Source: a crenarchaeote SCGC AAA261-N23 (GTDB lineage: Archaea; Thermoproteota; Thermoprotei; Gearchaeales; Gearchaeaceae). From it: 38,486 nucleotides of DNA. A program made the position numbers and the translations under genes. How positions within the stretch are numbered: the first letter of the stretch is position 1; each line of letters opens with the position of its first letter. The notes under the pieces were generated by a model that ran no database searches, was not told the DNA's origin, and worked only from the letters and a program-made list of their open reading frames with translations. The stretch spans positions 1 through 38,486 of the forward strand of contig AQVQ01000003.1 in the NCBI GenBank assembly GCA_000375685.1, written 5' to 3'. Below, in pieces: positions 18,336-26,609 of the stretch.

Positions 18336-20333
18336 TTGATGAACTTAAGCAACTTCAGGACAAAGTTATTGATATTACTAACATTATCCTTGCTTATAGC
18401 AGCTACGATAAACATCCCAACCGTTTTTTCAAACCTAAATGGTCCTTTACTATGTTTTAGAGGATATCTCATAACGCCTATAGGTACGGAGCAATCTTAT
18501 GGCCAAGGGGCAATTATTAACTTCGATGGTAGCACTTATGTTTTAAACTCATGTACAGATTACAAAGTTGGGATTTTCAATCTGATTGCATACGTTGATT
18601 TGGATTACATATTTGTTAAATGGAGTTCAAGCTCAAATATAGTAATAAAAAATCCGTATAATTCTTCTACTTCAGTTCAGCTTTTATCACAAACTTCTGA
18701 TAGATCATACATAAATTTATATATTAGGAAACCTTGGCTGTATTTTCATACATATCTCATTACATCAGTAGGATATGAAGTAGCAAAAGATGCTCAAATA
18801 ATTTTCAATGGGGGTATTTACAATGACAACGGAGTAACTGCTTACGTTCCTGGAACATATACCATAAAAGCTAATTATCCAAGTAATTATAAGTTTGACC
18901 ACTGGGCAAGTTCAAGCACAATCTTAATAAATGACGTTCTAAGTCCTTCAACAACTGCAACACTAAGAATACAGAGTTTAGCAAAAGATCAGCAAATCTC
19001 GCTATATATTAAAGGTAGACTTTTTAATGTGACTTTCTTTCAAAAAGGAGTCCCAAGCAATCTAATATGGAAAGTATCAATAGGAAATATAACAAAGTCT
19101 GCGCTAGGTAGCAACGGTATAAGCTTTAATCTACTTGAAGGAGATTATCAGTTTAAAGTAACACCAATTGCTTTTGATAACAATTTATATTATCCTAACC
19201 CTGATAGTGGAGTTATATATGTTAGAGATAACATGGTTGTAAATATAACATTCTACATGATACCTGAAAATAATGGTAATCCTTCTCAAATTAGCAATTT
19301 AAACAAAGTTCAAGCTAAGTTATTTATTATAGACCCTAATCGAAATAGTTCAAATCTAACTAAAAATGATTACTTTATTGGCATAGTTGGAGAGAAAATT
19401 AAATTTGTACTTTATTTGAATATTCAAGGAATAACTTTATCTCTTTTATCTCCAATAAAGATTCTAATTGAAAATATAATTATTAAAGCAACTCCAAGCA
19501 ATGCTTTTTTAGTTAACAACTATAATTCAACTGAAATACAAACTATAATAAAAATACCAAACATAACTTTAAATAATACGTTAAGCGGTTCTACATCTTT
19601 ATACATAATTCTTAATAACCAAAATAATATTGCGCTAAGCTTTAACAAAGGAAATTACACTGTGGACCTTACTGCGAATCTTGCTATTTATTACAATAAA
19701 ATCTCATCTATAATTCTACCAATTCAAGCATCTACAAACTTAATAATCGATGAAGCAAAAATAGCATTAAATGATTCACTATATTTCAACGATCAATTAA
19801 TTTTGATATTTAGATATTATTGGAAAACACTGAATTATCCTATTTACAATAAAAGTGGATTACTAAGCGTTATTATACTACCTTTTGGCGTAGAAGGAAA
19901 TTTCATAGATAACCGTGGTTATCTTAAGGTAACAATTAATGAAAACGTTGTGAAAAACTTGGTTAACGAAATCACTGGTCAAATCGAAATTGTAGGCATA
20001 TTTTTCGATGGAGCAAATGTTTATAACAGTATTAGCTACATCAATTACTCCACCGTCGCAATTAGCATGATAAATTCAGATAAAAGCTACGGTGTAAAAA
20101 TTAAGGTTGTTAATTTTGCTAATTTAAGGCCTATAAGTGATGCGGAAGTAATGGTAGTTATTAATGACATAATTTTTGGAATTTACAAAACAGATATGAA
20201 CGGGGAGATAAATATTATTTACGGTGGTTCAATTTATTCCCTACGTGTAGCAATATATTATTTACATTCCAATAACTTTATACTGCTACCCTCTAAGTAC
20301 TCTAACGTAACACTTTTGGTATCTGGTTTATAG
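18336..20333 (+). CDS. Large secreted beta-rich surface glycoprotein / putative pilus adhesin
   Basis: N-terminal signal/anchor; two tandem ~95-aa repeats with Y.F..W; a VTFxxxGVP..LIWKV module as in thermopsin-associated domains; C-terminal PISDAEV...TDMNG prealbumin-like motif; many sequons. ATG at 18339 is an alternative start. Confidence 0.7.
   Translation: MMNLSNFRTKLLILLTLSLLIAATINIPTVFSNLNGPLLCFRGYLITPIGTEQSYGQGAIINFDGSTYVLNSCTDYKVGIFNLIAYVDLDYIFVKWSSSSNIVIKNPYNSSTSVQLLSQTSDRSYINLYIRKPWLYFHTYLITSVGYEVAKDAQIIFNGGIYNDNGVTAYVPGTYTIKANYPSNYKFDHWASSSTILINDVLSPSTTATLRIQSLAKDQQISLYIKGRLFNVTFFQKGVPSNLIWKVSIGNITKSALGSNGISFNLLEGDYQFKVTPIAFDNNLYYPNPDSGVIYVRDNMVVNITFYMIPENNGNPSQISNLNKVQAKLFIIDPNRNSSNLTKNDYFIGIVGEKIKFVLYLNIQGITLSLLSPIKILIENIIIKATPSNAFLVNNYNSTEIQTIIKIPNITLNNTLSGSTSLYIILNNQNNIALSFNKGNYTVDLTANLAIYYNKISSIILPIQASTNLIIDEAKIALNDSLYFNDQLILIFRYYWKTLNYPIYNKSGLLSVIILPFGVEGNFIDNRGYLKVTINENVVKNLVNEITGQIEIVGIFFDGANVYNSISYINYSTVAISMINSDKSYGVKIKVVNFANLRPISDAEVMVVINDIIFGIYKTDMNGEINIIYGGSIYSLRVAIYYLHSNNFILLPSKYSNVTLLVSGL
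18444..19016 (+). repeat. Two tandem diverged protein-level repeats (aa 37-132 and 133-227)
   Basis: PLLCFRGYLITPIG...YIFVKWSSSSNIVI...INLYIRK versus PWLYFHTYLITSVG...YKFDHWASSSTILI...ISLYIKG. Confidence 0.8.
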
Positions 20334-20364
20334 AAGGTTAAATAATAAAGCAAAAAATTTTTTT

Positions 20365-21057
20365 GTGAATGTATCAGATTTATTAACTAAAGCATTAATC
20401 ATTGTATTTGTTTTATCGTTTGCCACAATATCGGTTTATTACTTCTATTCTTCAAACTATTATATAATTTACCATAAATCGCCACAGTTTAATAAACAGG
20501 ATATTCTTAATTATCTTGCAAGAACAATTTATAGTGCATACTTCAACAATTTGTACGAATTCTCTGTACTAGTTAATCTAGGAAACAGTACATTATATTT
20601 AGATAATTTGCTTAATACCAGCTTAACCTGTGAAACTAGATTTCAATACATGCAAATACCTTTATCTTATATAATAATAGGATTTGCGAGCAACTTTTCA
20701 GCAATATCTAATGTTTTAGTATCGAATAAAACTGTTTATTTGATTAATGGAGATTTTTTGATTCCATTGGTATTTTATAATATCAATGTTACAAAGTTGC
20801 CCAATAACCGTACTTTATATTATATACAAGTAATTTATCTCACTTCAAATTCTTCATACTTAATTCAAAACGAAAATGAAATAACCTTTGATTTCATTAA
20901 AAAAGTGGCACAAGTTACTTGGATTATATTAGATAACGATATCCTTGTTTGCAAAATAAACAATAACGTTGTCTTCAATATCATCATTTTTAAAGGAGAT
21001 GTTGTTCAATTCAGTTTTACTAAGATAGAAATCAATATCCTAAAAGCAACTGTATAA
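20365..21057 (+). CDS. Minor pilin-like protein
   Basis: GTG start; MNVSDLLTKALIIVFVLSFATISVYYF hydrophobic N-terminus, beta-rich body with sequons. Confidence 0.55.
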   Translation: MNVSDLLTKALIIVFVLSFATISVYYFYSSNYYIIYHKSPQFNKQDILNYLARTIYSAYFNNLYEFSVLVNLGNSTLYLDNLLNTSLTCETRFQYMQIPLSYIIIGFASNFSAISNVLVSNKTVYLINGDFLIPLVFYNINVTKLPNNRTLYYIQVIYLTSNSSYLIQNENEITFDFIKKVAQVTWIILDNDILVCKINNNVVFNIIIFKGDVVQFSFTKIEINILKATV

Positions 21058-21455
21058 TGGATAAAGCTGTAATAGAGATAATTAATACATTCGCGTTGAT
21101 ATTTTTAGGGGCGATTTTGTTAACGTCTTCTTTTATAATGTTCTATAACTTTCAAAATGTAAATTATTCAATTTTTCTGAAAAACTATAAAGAAAAAGTG
21201 GAAAACATTTTGAACGAAATATATTTTTATAAAAAATACTATAACTCGAATATCAGCTTTGAAATTTACTCTGAATACCTTGTCTTGATAAATGTTGTTA
21301 ATTCTACATTAATAAGAATATCGGTAGCAAGTTATTCAGAAAATGTTACTTCTATATTACCTGTAATAGGTGGAGGAATAGGATATTACTTTATCTTCTC
21401 ATATTCAAATAACGAAATAAAAATATTTCCAATTAACAATACGGTAGCGGCTTAA
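21057..21455 (+). CDS. Minor pilin-like protein with class III-like signal
   Basis: MDKA|VIEIINTFALIFLGAILL; TAATG coupling. Confidence 0.65.
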   Translation: MDKAVIEIINTFALIFLGAILLTSSFIMFYNFQNVNYSIFLKNYKEKVENILNEIYFYKKYYNSNISFEIYSEYLVLINVVNSTLIRISVASYSENVTSILPVIGGGIGYYFIFSYSNNEIKIFPINNTVAA

Positions 21456-21482
21456 ATATTAAAATAAAAAGACGAAGTAGCG

Positions 21483-21914
21483 ATGAGAAAAGTTATTAAG
21501 AAAAGACGAGGAGATATATCTGGTCCAATAGTTGCAGTATTATTAATAATCGCCTCTATTGCAATCGCAAGCGTAGTAATTACTTGGATGTATAGTTTAG
21601 GCACATCAGCTAGCAAACAAGGTGCGCTGCTTGTTGTTGGTACTCCTGTGATCGCAAAGAATGGAAATAATTATACATTATATATAACAGTTAAAAATTC
21701 TGGTAACGTTCCTGTAAACGTAACAGGAGTTATAGTCAATGGAGTACCTTGGACAATCATTTCTAATACACCAAATTTAGTAACTGTAGGGGTGGGCGCT
21801 GTGGTATCCTTTAGCGCTTCTTACAGCACTAGCATAACCTTAAATACCAATGTTAACGGGGTATTACAAACAACTGCAGGTACTATACCTTTTGTAGCAA
21901 TAGTACAAAGTTAA
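21483..21914 (+). CDS. Probable major archaeal type IV pilin
   Basis: Basic leader MRKVIKKRRG, then DISGPIVAVLLIIASIAIASVVITW, and an Ig-like head (LYITVKNSGNVPVNVTGVIVNG); last gene of the locus, followed by T-tracts. Confidence 0.85.
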   Translation: MRKVIKKRRGDISGPIVAVLLIIASIAIASVVITWMYSLGTSASKQGALLVVGTPVIAKNGNNYTLYITVKNSGNVPVNVTGVIVNGVPWTIISNTPNLVTVGVGAVVSFSASYSTSITLNTNVNGVLQTTAGTIPFVAIVQS

Positions 21915-21932
21915 TTTTTTTATTTAATTTTT
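21915..21932 (+). terminator. Archaeal oligo-T terminator after the pilin gene
   Basis: TTTTTTTATTTAATTTTT immediately after the stop codon, before the convergent tRNA. Confidence 0.55.
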
Positions 21933-22018
21933 TGCAGGGGGTGGGATTTGAACCCACGAAGGCCTTTAGCCACTGGATCTTGAGTCCAGCCCCTTAGACC
22001 ACGCTCGGGCACCCCTGC
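21933..22018 (-). tRNA. tRNA-Leu(CAA)
   Basis: GCAGGGG acceptor stem, anticodon arm CTGGA-CTCAAGA-TCCAG, long variable arm, GTTCAAATC. Confidence 0.95.
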
Positions 22019-22019
22019 A

Positions 22020-22691
22020 TTAGGGTGTAATTATTGTTCCAATATCATCATTTTCTAAAGCTCTTTTTATATTTTCCTCTTTTTTTCCGTTAAATACTCT
22101 TACAACTATTTTTGACCTCCTAATTATATGTAAAGATTGTGGATCAAAAAGCTTGTATTCTCCTGCAGAAATGGATATGGATTTCTCTAGAATTTTTGCT
22201 AATTCATCAATACTTAATTTTTTGATAAAAACAGCATCTTTGTATAAATTAGGATCCTTATCATAAACACCCTCGACATTAGTTGCATATAACAAAGATG
22301 CCCTACTTAATTCAGAAACTAAACATGCTACAGTAGTTGTCGATATTGAAGGAAATAAACCGCCGCATATTATCCTTTTCCCCTCGTTTATTTTTTCGAC
22401 CAATTCATCAAAAGTTTTTACGAAAGAGAAATCTGATTTATTGCTTAAACTTTCATGGATTATCTGCGCGTTAATTTGACTTATATGTATACCAATAAAA
22501 TCTAAATACGATTCGGGTAAACTTAAAGATCTTCCGATATTTATATAGCTTCTAGCCCATTTGCCTCCTCCTATTACGATATGAAAATTCTTGTATTTTG
22601 AAGAAAGTTTGTCAAGAATTCTTGCGTAGCTTATAAAAGTTTCTTCACTTTCTGTTATCAGATGGCCGCCTATTTTTAAAACCCACTGCAT
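22020..22691 (-). CDS. pyrH: Uridylate kinase (archaeal type)
   Basis: VLKIGG, VIGGGKWARSYI, LDFIGI, STTTVA, TNVEGVYDKDP, AGEYKLFD, IGTII. Confidence 0.92.
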   Translation of the reverse strand: MQWVLKIGGHLITESEETFISYARILDKLSSKYKNFHIVIGGGKWARSYINIGRSLSLPESYLDFIGIHISQINAQIIHESLSNKSDFSFVKTFDELVEKINEGKRIICGGLFPSISTTTVACLVSELSRASLLYATNVEGVYDKDPNLYKDAVFIKKLSIDELAKILEKSISISAGEYKLFDPQSLHIIRRSKIVVRVFNGKKEENIKRALENDDIGTIITP

Positions 22692-22736
22692 ATAACGACA
22701 ATATAAAATATGATGAATAGTTTAAAAAGAAACCTT

Positions 22737-23972
22737 TCAGTATTTCAATATTCCTATTATTCCTTGGAAATTAGACTTTATGGATTCACTTTCTCCTATA
22801 TTTTTACTTAAATATATTACATCAGCACCTATTTCCATAGACTTATCGACCAATTCATCGGTTATATCTGTTTGTGAAATAATTTTCACATTCTCAGAGC
22901 CACAATAATTGCATTTTAAACTTTGCTTAATTTTCAATAGAGGCTCATTTCCCGAAACTAATTGATTCATGTTATTGCAATTTAAACATAAATATTCTAT
23001 CTTTGTTATAGAAACATCTTCCACAATGATCAACTTGGATAAATTCTTTTGATTTATAGCTTCGATAACCTCCTTAACTCCTATTGCTAACCTCTTTGGA
23101 TCTTCGTTTAACAATTTCAAGAAATTATCTACCTCTTCTCTTTGCTTAACTAATTCTACTTTTTGGAATAATTCTCTACCTTTTTGCAAAAGTTCATATA
23201 CACCTTCTTCTCCTGAATAGCCCAAATCGACTACGCCTACTATTAATTTTTTTAAATCTCCAGGAATGTAATCACCATCTAAAAAATCATTTTTTGTAGG
23301 ACCAGGTCCTCCTACAACTAATCCGTCAACCTTGTTATCTTGAAGATAATACTTAACCATCCTTTCTCCTATTCTTTTATAAAACTCATGGGCCATTATT
23401 TCAATAACCCTTTCGAACCTCCTTGCAGATTGGCCCCCAGCTCTATGCTTTCCTGGGATACCTGATGTGATGGTTTCTATAATATTTAGATTGCTTCCTT
23501 CAAGAATAGCAAATGAAGCTTCTTCCCTATCTATAACAACTAAGCCATACTTATTACCAACTTTTAACATTTCTTCCAATATTTCAACATGAAATCTTGA
23601 ATCGCATCTGTATAAGTATGTTGAAATAGGCTTTGGAGGTTCAATTAAGTATATTTCAAATTTCTCATTTCCTGGAGCGTCGCCTGCGACATAACCTGCA
23701 AATACTATTAATCCGTTTCCTGAAGCCTTATTAAAGAATTTCAATCGTTGCATTATACTTACTAGAGATTCTTGCACATGATGGCGCGTAGTTCTGTCCT
23801 TTATGTTACCAGCTTGTGAATATTCGCTTTTTAATACGTCCATTATATCAGCAATTTGCCTCCCTGCAGGAATGTAAAGAGAAATTAGCTCGGTACCTCT
23901 GCCCTCTTTACTCTTCAATTCTTTTATTAACCTCCTTAACTTTATTAGTTCACCTGAACTGAGATCGGACAT
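22737..23972 (-). CDS. prf1: Peptide chain release factor aRF1
   Basis: GRGTELISLYIP, NIKD, YRCDSRF, GKHRAGGQSARRF, zinc-binding CLNC/CNYC insert. Confidence 0.97.
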   Translation of the reverse strand: MSDLSSGELIKLRRLIKELKSKEGRGTELISLYIPAGRQIADIMDVLKSEYSQAGNIKDRTTRHHVQESLVSIMQRLKFFNKASGNGLIVFAGYVAGDAPGNEKFEIYLIEPPKPISTYLYRCDSRFHVEILEEMLKVGNKYGLVVIDREEASFAILEGSNLNIIETITSGIPGKHRAGGQSARRFERVIEIMAHEFYKRIGERMVKYYLQDNKVDGLVVGGPGPTKNDFLDGDYIPGDLKKLIVGVVDLGYSGEEGVYELLQKGRELFQKVELVKQREEVDNFLKLLNEDPKRLAIGVKEVIEAINQKNLSKLIIVEDVSITKIEYLCLNCNNMNQLVSGNEPLLKIKQSLKCNYCGSENVKIISQTDITDELVDKSMEIGADVIYLSKNIGESESIKSNFQGIIGILKY

Positions 23973-24055
23973 TAAACTAAAACTAAAATAAATTCAAGCA
24001 CATAATTTATAAACATAACTTTGCTTTCAATACTAATTATTTTTAATGAATGAAA

Positions 24056-24127
24056 TGGACCGGGTGGGATTCGAACCCACGACCTTCCGCGTGCGAAGCG
24101 GACATTCTACCACTGAACTACCGGCCC
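24056..24127 (-). tRNA. tRNA-Ala(CGC)
   Basis: GGGCCGG/CCGGTCC acceptor stem with G3:U70, anticodon arm TCCGC-TTCGCAC-GCGGA. Confidence 0.95.
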
Positions 24128-24136
24128 TAAAGAAAG

Positions 24137-24208
24137 GGCCCAGGATGGGATTCGAACCCATGCAATAGGCTCCACAGGCCTACGAGCTGCCACTACTCAA
24201 CCTGGGCC
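24137..24208 (-). tRNA. tRNA-His(GTG) with encoded G-1
   Basis: G-GCCCAGG...CCTGGGC-C (G-1:C73), anticodon arm TAGGC-CTGTGGA-GCCTA. Confidence 0.92.
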
Positions 24209-24219
24209 ATTACATTATT

Positions 24220-24241
24220 TTTATCTAAAAATCTAGATAAA
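24220..24241. promoter_or_regulatory. Inverted pair of TATA-like boxes between tRNA-His and rnp4
   Basis: TTTATCTA (24220-24227) and its reverse complement TAGATAAA (24234-24241) in the divergent intergenic region. Confidence 0.45.
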
Positions 24242-24264
24242 TAATTTGCAGTGATATATGAAGA

Positions 24265-24603
24265 ATGATTAGAAAGAACAAAAAAATAAAACAAAAAGAT
24301 CTAGCTTACCAAAGATTGAAAATTCTAATCGGATTGGCCTTAAAAAAATATAAGGAGGATTACCAATTTGCTATAAACTGCATAAGAATAGCCATCAGAA
24401 TTAAAAGAAAATTTAATTTAAGATTACCGGAAAATTTGAGGAAGCTTTACTGTAAAAGTTGCTTCAATCTTCTTATTCCTCCCCATGGCGTAAAGATTAG
24501 AGTTCATGGGAAAGGTGCAAAAATAAAAATTGTGAAAATTTGTACAAACTGTGGAAGAGTAATAAGAGAAGAAAAGGAAAAAAAATTAGTTACCCTTATA
24601 TAA
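24265..24603 (+). CDS. rnp4: Ribonuclease P protein component 4 (Rpp21)
   Basis: LAYQRLKIL, RLP...LYCKSC..LLIP...IRV...CTNCG; position upstream of rps19e. Confidence 0.92.
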   Translation: MIRKNKKIKQKDLAYQRLKILIGLALKKYKEDYQFAINCIRIAIRIKRKFNLRLPENLRKLYCKSCFNLLIPPHGVKIRVHGKGAKIKIVKICTNCGRVIREEKEKKLVTLI

Positions 24604-24628
24604 ATGGTAAGAATAAAAGTATCTACAT

Positions 24629-25144
24629 ATGACTGATCCTAGATACGTCCCAGCAGATATGCTCATCAATGAGATAACAAATTATCTAAAAGAGAATGTA
24701 AAAGAGATTAAGCCGCCTGAATGGGCGGCCTTCGTTAAGACCTCAACCGGAAAAGAAAGATTACCTATACAAAACGACTGGTGGTATAGAAGAAGCGCCT
24801 CAATCTTGAGAAAACTATACTTAATAGGACCTGCGAGTGTGAAAACTTTTAGAACAATTTATGGAACTAGAAAAAGATACGGCCAAAGAATGGAACACCA
24901 TGTAAAGGGTAGTGGAAGTATAATAAGAGAGATCTTACAACAGCTAGAAAAGGCTGGCTTGGTGGAAAAAACAAAAGAGGGAAGAATTTTGACTAAACAA
25001 GGAAGGTCAATAATAAATAAGTTATCAACTAAAATATTTAATGAATTAATAAAGATTAGACCAGAATTAATTAAATATAAGCCTGGGGGTGGTAAAGTTG
25101 GAGGAGGACCAAGAACTGGAAGAGCTAAGGAGAAGAAAACTTGA
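24629..25144 (+). CDS. rps19e: 30S ribosomal protein S19e (eS19)
   Basis: PPEWAAFVKT, DWWYRRSASILRKLY, GSGSIIREILQQLEKAGLV. Confidence 0.97.
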   Translation: MTDPRYVPADMLINEITNYLKENVKEIKPPEWAAFVKTSTGKERLPIQNDWWYRRSASILRKLYLIGPASVKTFRTIYGTRKRYGQRMEHHVKGSGSIIREILQQLEKAGLVEKTKEGRILTKQGRSIINKLSTKIFNELIKIRPELIKYKPGGGKVGGGPRTGRAKEKKT

Positions 25145-25436
25145 AGAATATCAAAGAAGGATAGAAGAAGCATACATTAGGGAACAACAGAAAAAAGAAC
25201 TGGAAGAAAGGAAAGCACAAATACTTAGGAAAATACTTACTCCCGAAGCAAGAAGCAGGATGGAAACATTAAAGCTTGTTAAAAAAGATCTTGTTGAACA
25301 GCTTGAAGCACAACTTATACAGCTTGCACTTAATGGGAGGATTAAAGCTCCAATTACGGATGAGCAATTAAAGGCTATGCTGAAAAGTTTGCAGCAACCT
25401 TCAGAAACAAAAATTAGAATAATAAGAAGAGAATAA
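25098..25436 (+). CDS. PDCD5-like DNA-binding protein
   Basis: ELEELRRRKL, ILRKILTPEARSRM, ITDEQLKAML; TTG at 25098 after GGGGGTG preferred, GTG at 25089 possible. Confidence 0.92.
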   Translation: MEEDQELEELRRRKLEEYQRRIEEAYIREQQKKELEERKAQILRKILTPEARSRMETLKLVKKDLVEQLEAQLIQLALNGRIKAPITDEQLKAMLKSLQQPSETKIRIIRRE

Positions 25437-25600
25437 TGGCCAAAAACAAAACACTTTATAAAAAGAAAAAACTGGCCAAAGAGAATAAGTTATCTAAGCC
25501 TGTTCCAATTTGGGTCACAGCCAAAACAAGACCTGGAGGAAAAAGATTAAGAAGGACCAATCGTAGAAGGACCTGGAGAACATCATCAATTAAACCATGA
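25436..25600 (+). CDS. rpl39e: 50S ribosomal protein L39e (eL39)
   Basis: Below the ORF-track cutoff; MAKNKTLYKKKKLAKENKLSKPVPIWVTAKTRPGGKRLRRTNRRRTWRTSSIKP (54 aa); TAATG and ATGA coupling on both sides. Confidence 0.93.
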   Translation: MAKNKTLYKKKKLAKENKLSKPVPIWVTAKTRPGGKRLRRTNRRRTWRTSSIKP

Positions 25601-25932
25601 GTAAAGAAGAGAAAGTTGAAGAAAAGGTTGAGACAAAGAAAGAAGAAATCTATGAGGAATTTCTAGAAGAGGGCGAAAAAGTTAAAGAAGAAAAAGTTAT
25701 AACTATCAACCTTAGAAATTCCAAAAAAGCACCACAATTAAAAAGAGCTAAAAGAGCTATTAACGAGCTGAAAAATAGAATAGCTCAATATACGAAACTA
25801 AACGAAGTGATAATTCATAATAATGTTAACATGATTGTGTGGCAAAGAGGGGCAAAAAAGCCACCTTCAAGAATAAAGGTTAGGTTGGTTTTAACAGATA
25901 AAAATAAAGCATTAGTTTTACCATTACAGTAG
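25597..25932 (+). CDS. rpl31e: 50S ribosomal protein L31e (eL31) with acidic N-terminal extension
   Basis: TINLR...KRAKRAI...VNMIVWQRGAKKPPSRIKV. Confidence 0.93.
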   Translation: MSKEEKVEEKVETKKEEIYEEFLEEGEKVKEEKVITINLRNSKKAPQLKRAKRAINELKNRIAQYTKLNEVIIHNNVNMIVWQRGAKKPPSRIKVRLVLTDKNKALVLPLQ

Positions 25933-26609
25933 TGGCTGGAACATCAAGAGGCTTTATTTATAACTCAGAAATAGTAGGTGCTTATGCATTTGCTACAGAT
26001 GATGTTTGTTTTTTACCAAAAGGCATAGATAACAAAATTAAAAAGCTTTTCATAGAAACACTCGAAACTGAAATTGTTGAAATAAATATTTCAAACAGCC
26101 CATTGATCGGTGTATTCATAGTCGCTAATGAAAATGGCGCATTACTGCCTTGGACTTCTACCAAAGAGGAAATAGAGATATTGAAATCATATTTTAAAAA
26201 CGTAGAAATTTTACAATCTAAATATAATGCGTTGGGAAATCTAATCAGTGTTAATTCATATGGCGCAATATTACACATAAGTTTTGATAAAGAAGAAATC
26301 GAGACTGTAAAAAATACTCTAAAGATAAAAAAATTAGCTTATCTGAACAAGGGGAAACCTTTAGCAAGCTATATTTTTGTAGATAATAATGGTTTTCTTG
26401 CGTCCCCTTGCTTTGACGATAATGATCTAAAATTATTTGAGGAAGTTTTTTCAGTAAAAGGCGACATAGGAACAGTAAATAGGGGAAGTAATATTATTAA
26501 GCTAGGTATAATTAAGAATAATAAAGGAATAATTGTAGGGGGGTTGACCACAGGTGCAGAGATTGCGAAAATTGAACAAATCCTTGGATTCGCAAAAAAG
26601 CCTAAATAA
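25932..26609 (+). CDS. eif6: Translation initiation factor 6 (aIF6)
   Basis: VGAYAFATD, SPLIGVFIVANENG, NALGNLI, GTVNRGS, TTGAEI. Confidence 0.93.
   Translation: MAGTSRGFIYNSEIVGAYAFATDDVCFLPKGIDNKIKKLFIETLETEIVEINISNSPLIGVFIVANENGALLPWTSTKEEIEILKSYFKNVEILQSKYNALGNLISVNSYGAILHISFDKEEIETVKNTLKIKKLAYLNKGKPLASYIFVDNNGFLASPCFDDNDLKLFEEVFSVKGDIGTVNRGSNIIKLGIIKNNKGIIVGGLTTGAEIAKIEQILGFAKKPK

Noticed and set aside
6970-18472. Short opposite-strand ORFs at 6970, 10203, 10665, 12437, 14290, 15013, 15475, 16555 and 18275
   Set aside because: They lie antisense to well-supported genes and have the composition of reverse-frame artefacts.
11630-22018. Integrated element with attL/attR at the two tRNA-Leu genes
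   Set aside because: Both are complete tRNAs with different anticodons and 5' halves, there is no partial tRNA copy, and no integrase or viral/plasmid gene lies between them.
24137-24208. Encoded G-1 on tRNA-His as a novelty
   Set aside because: Genomically encoded G-1 paired with C73 is common in archaea and bacteria.
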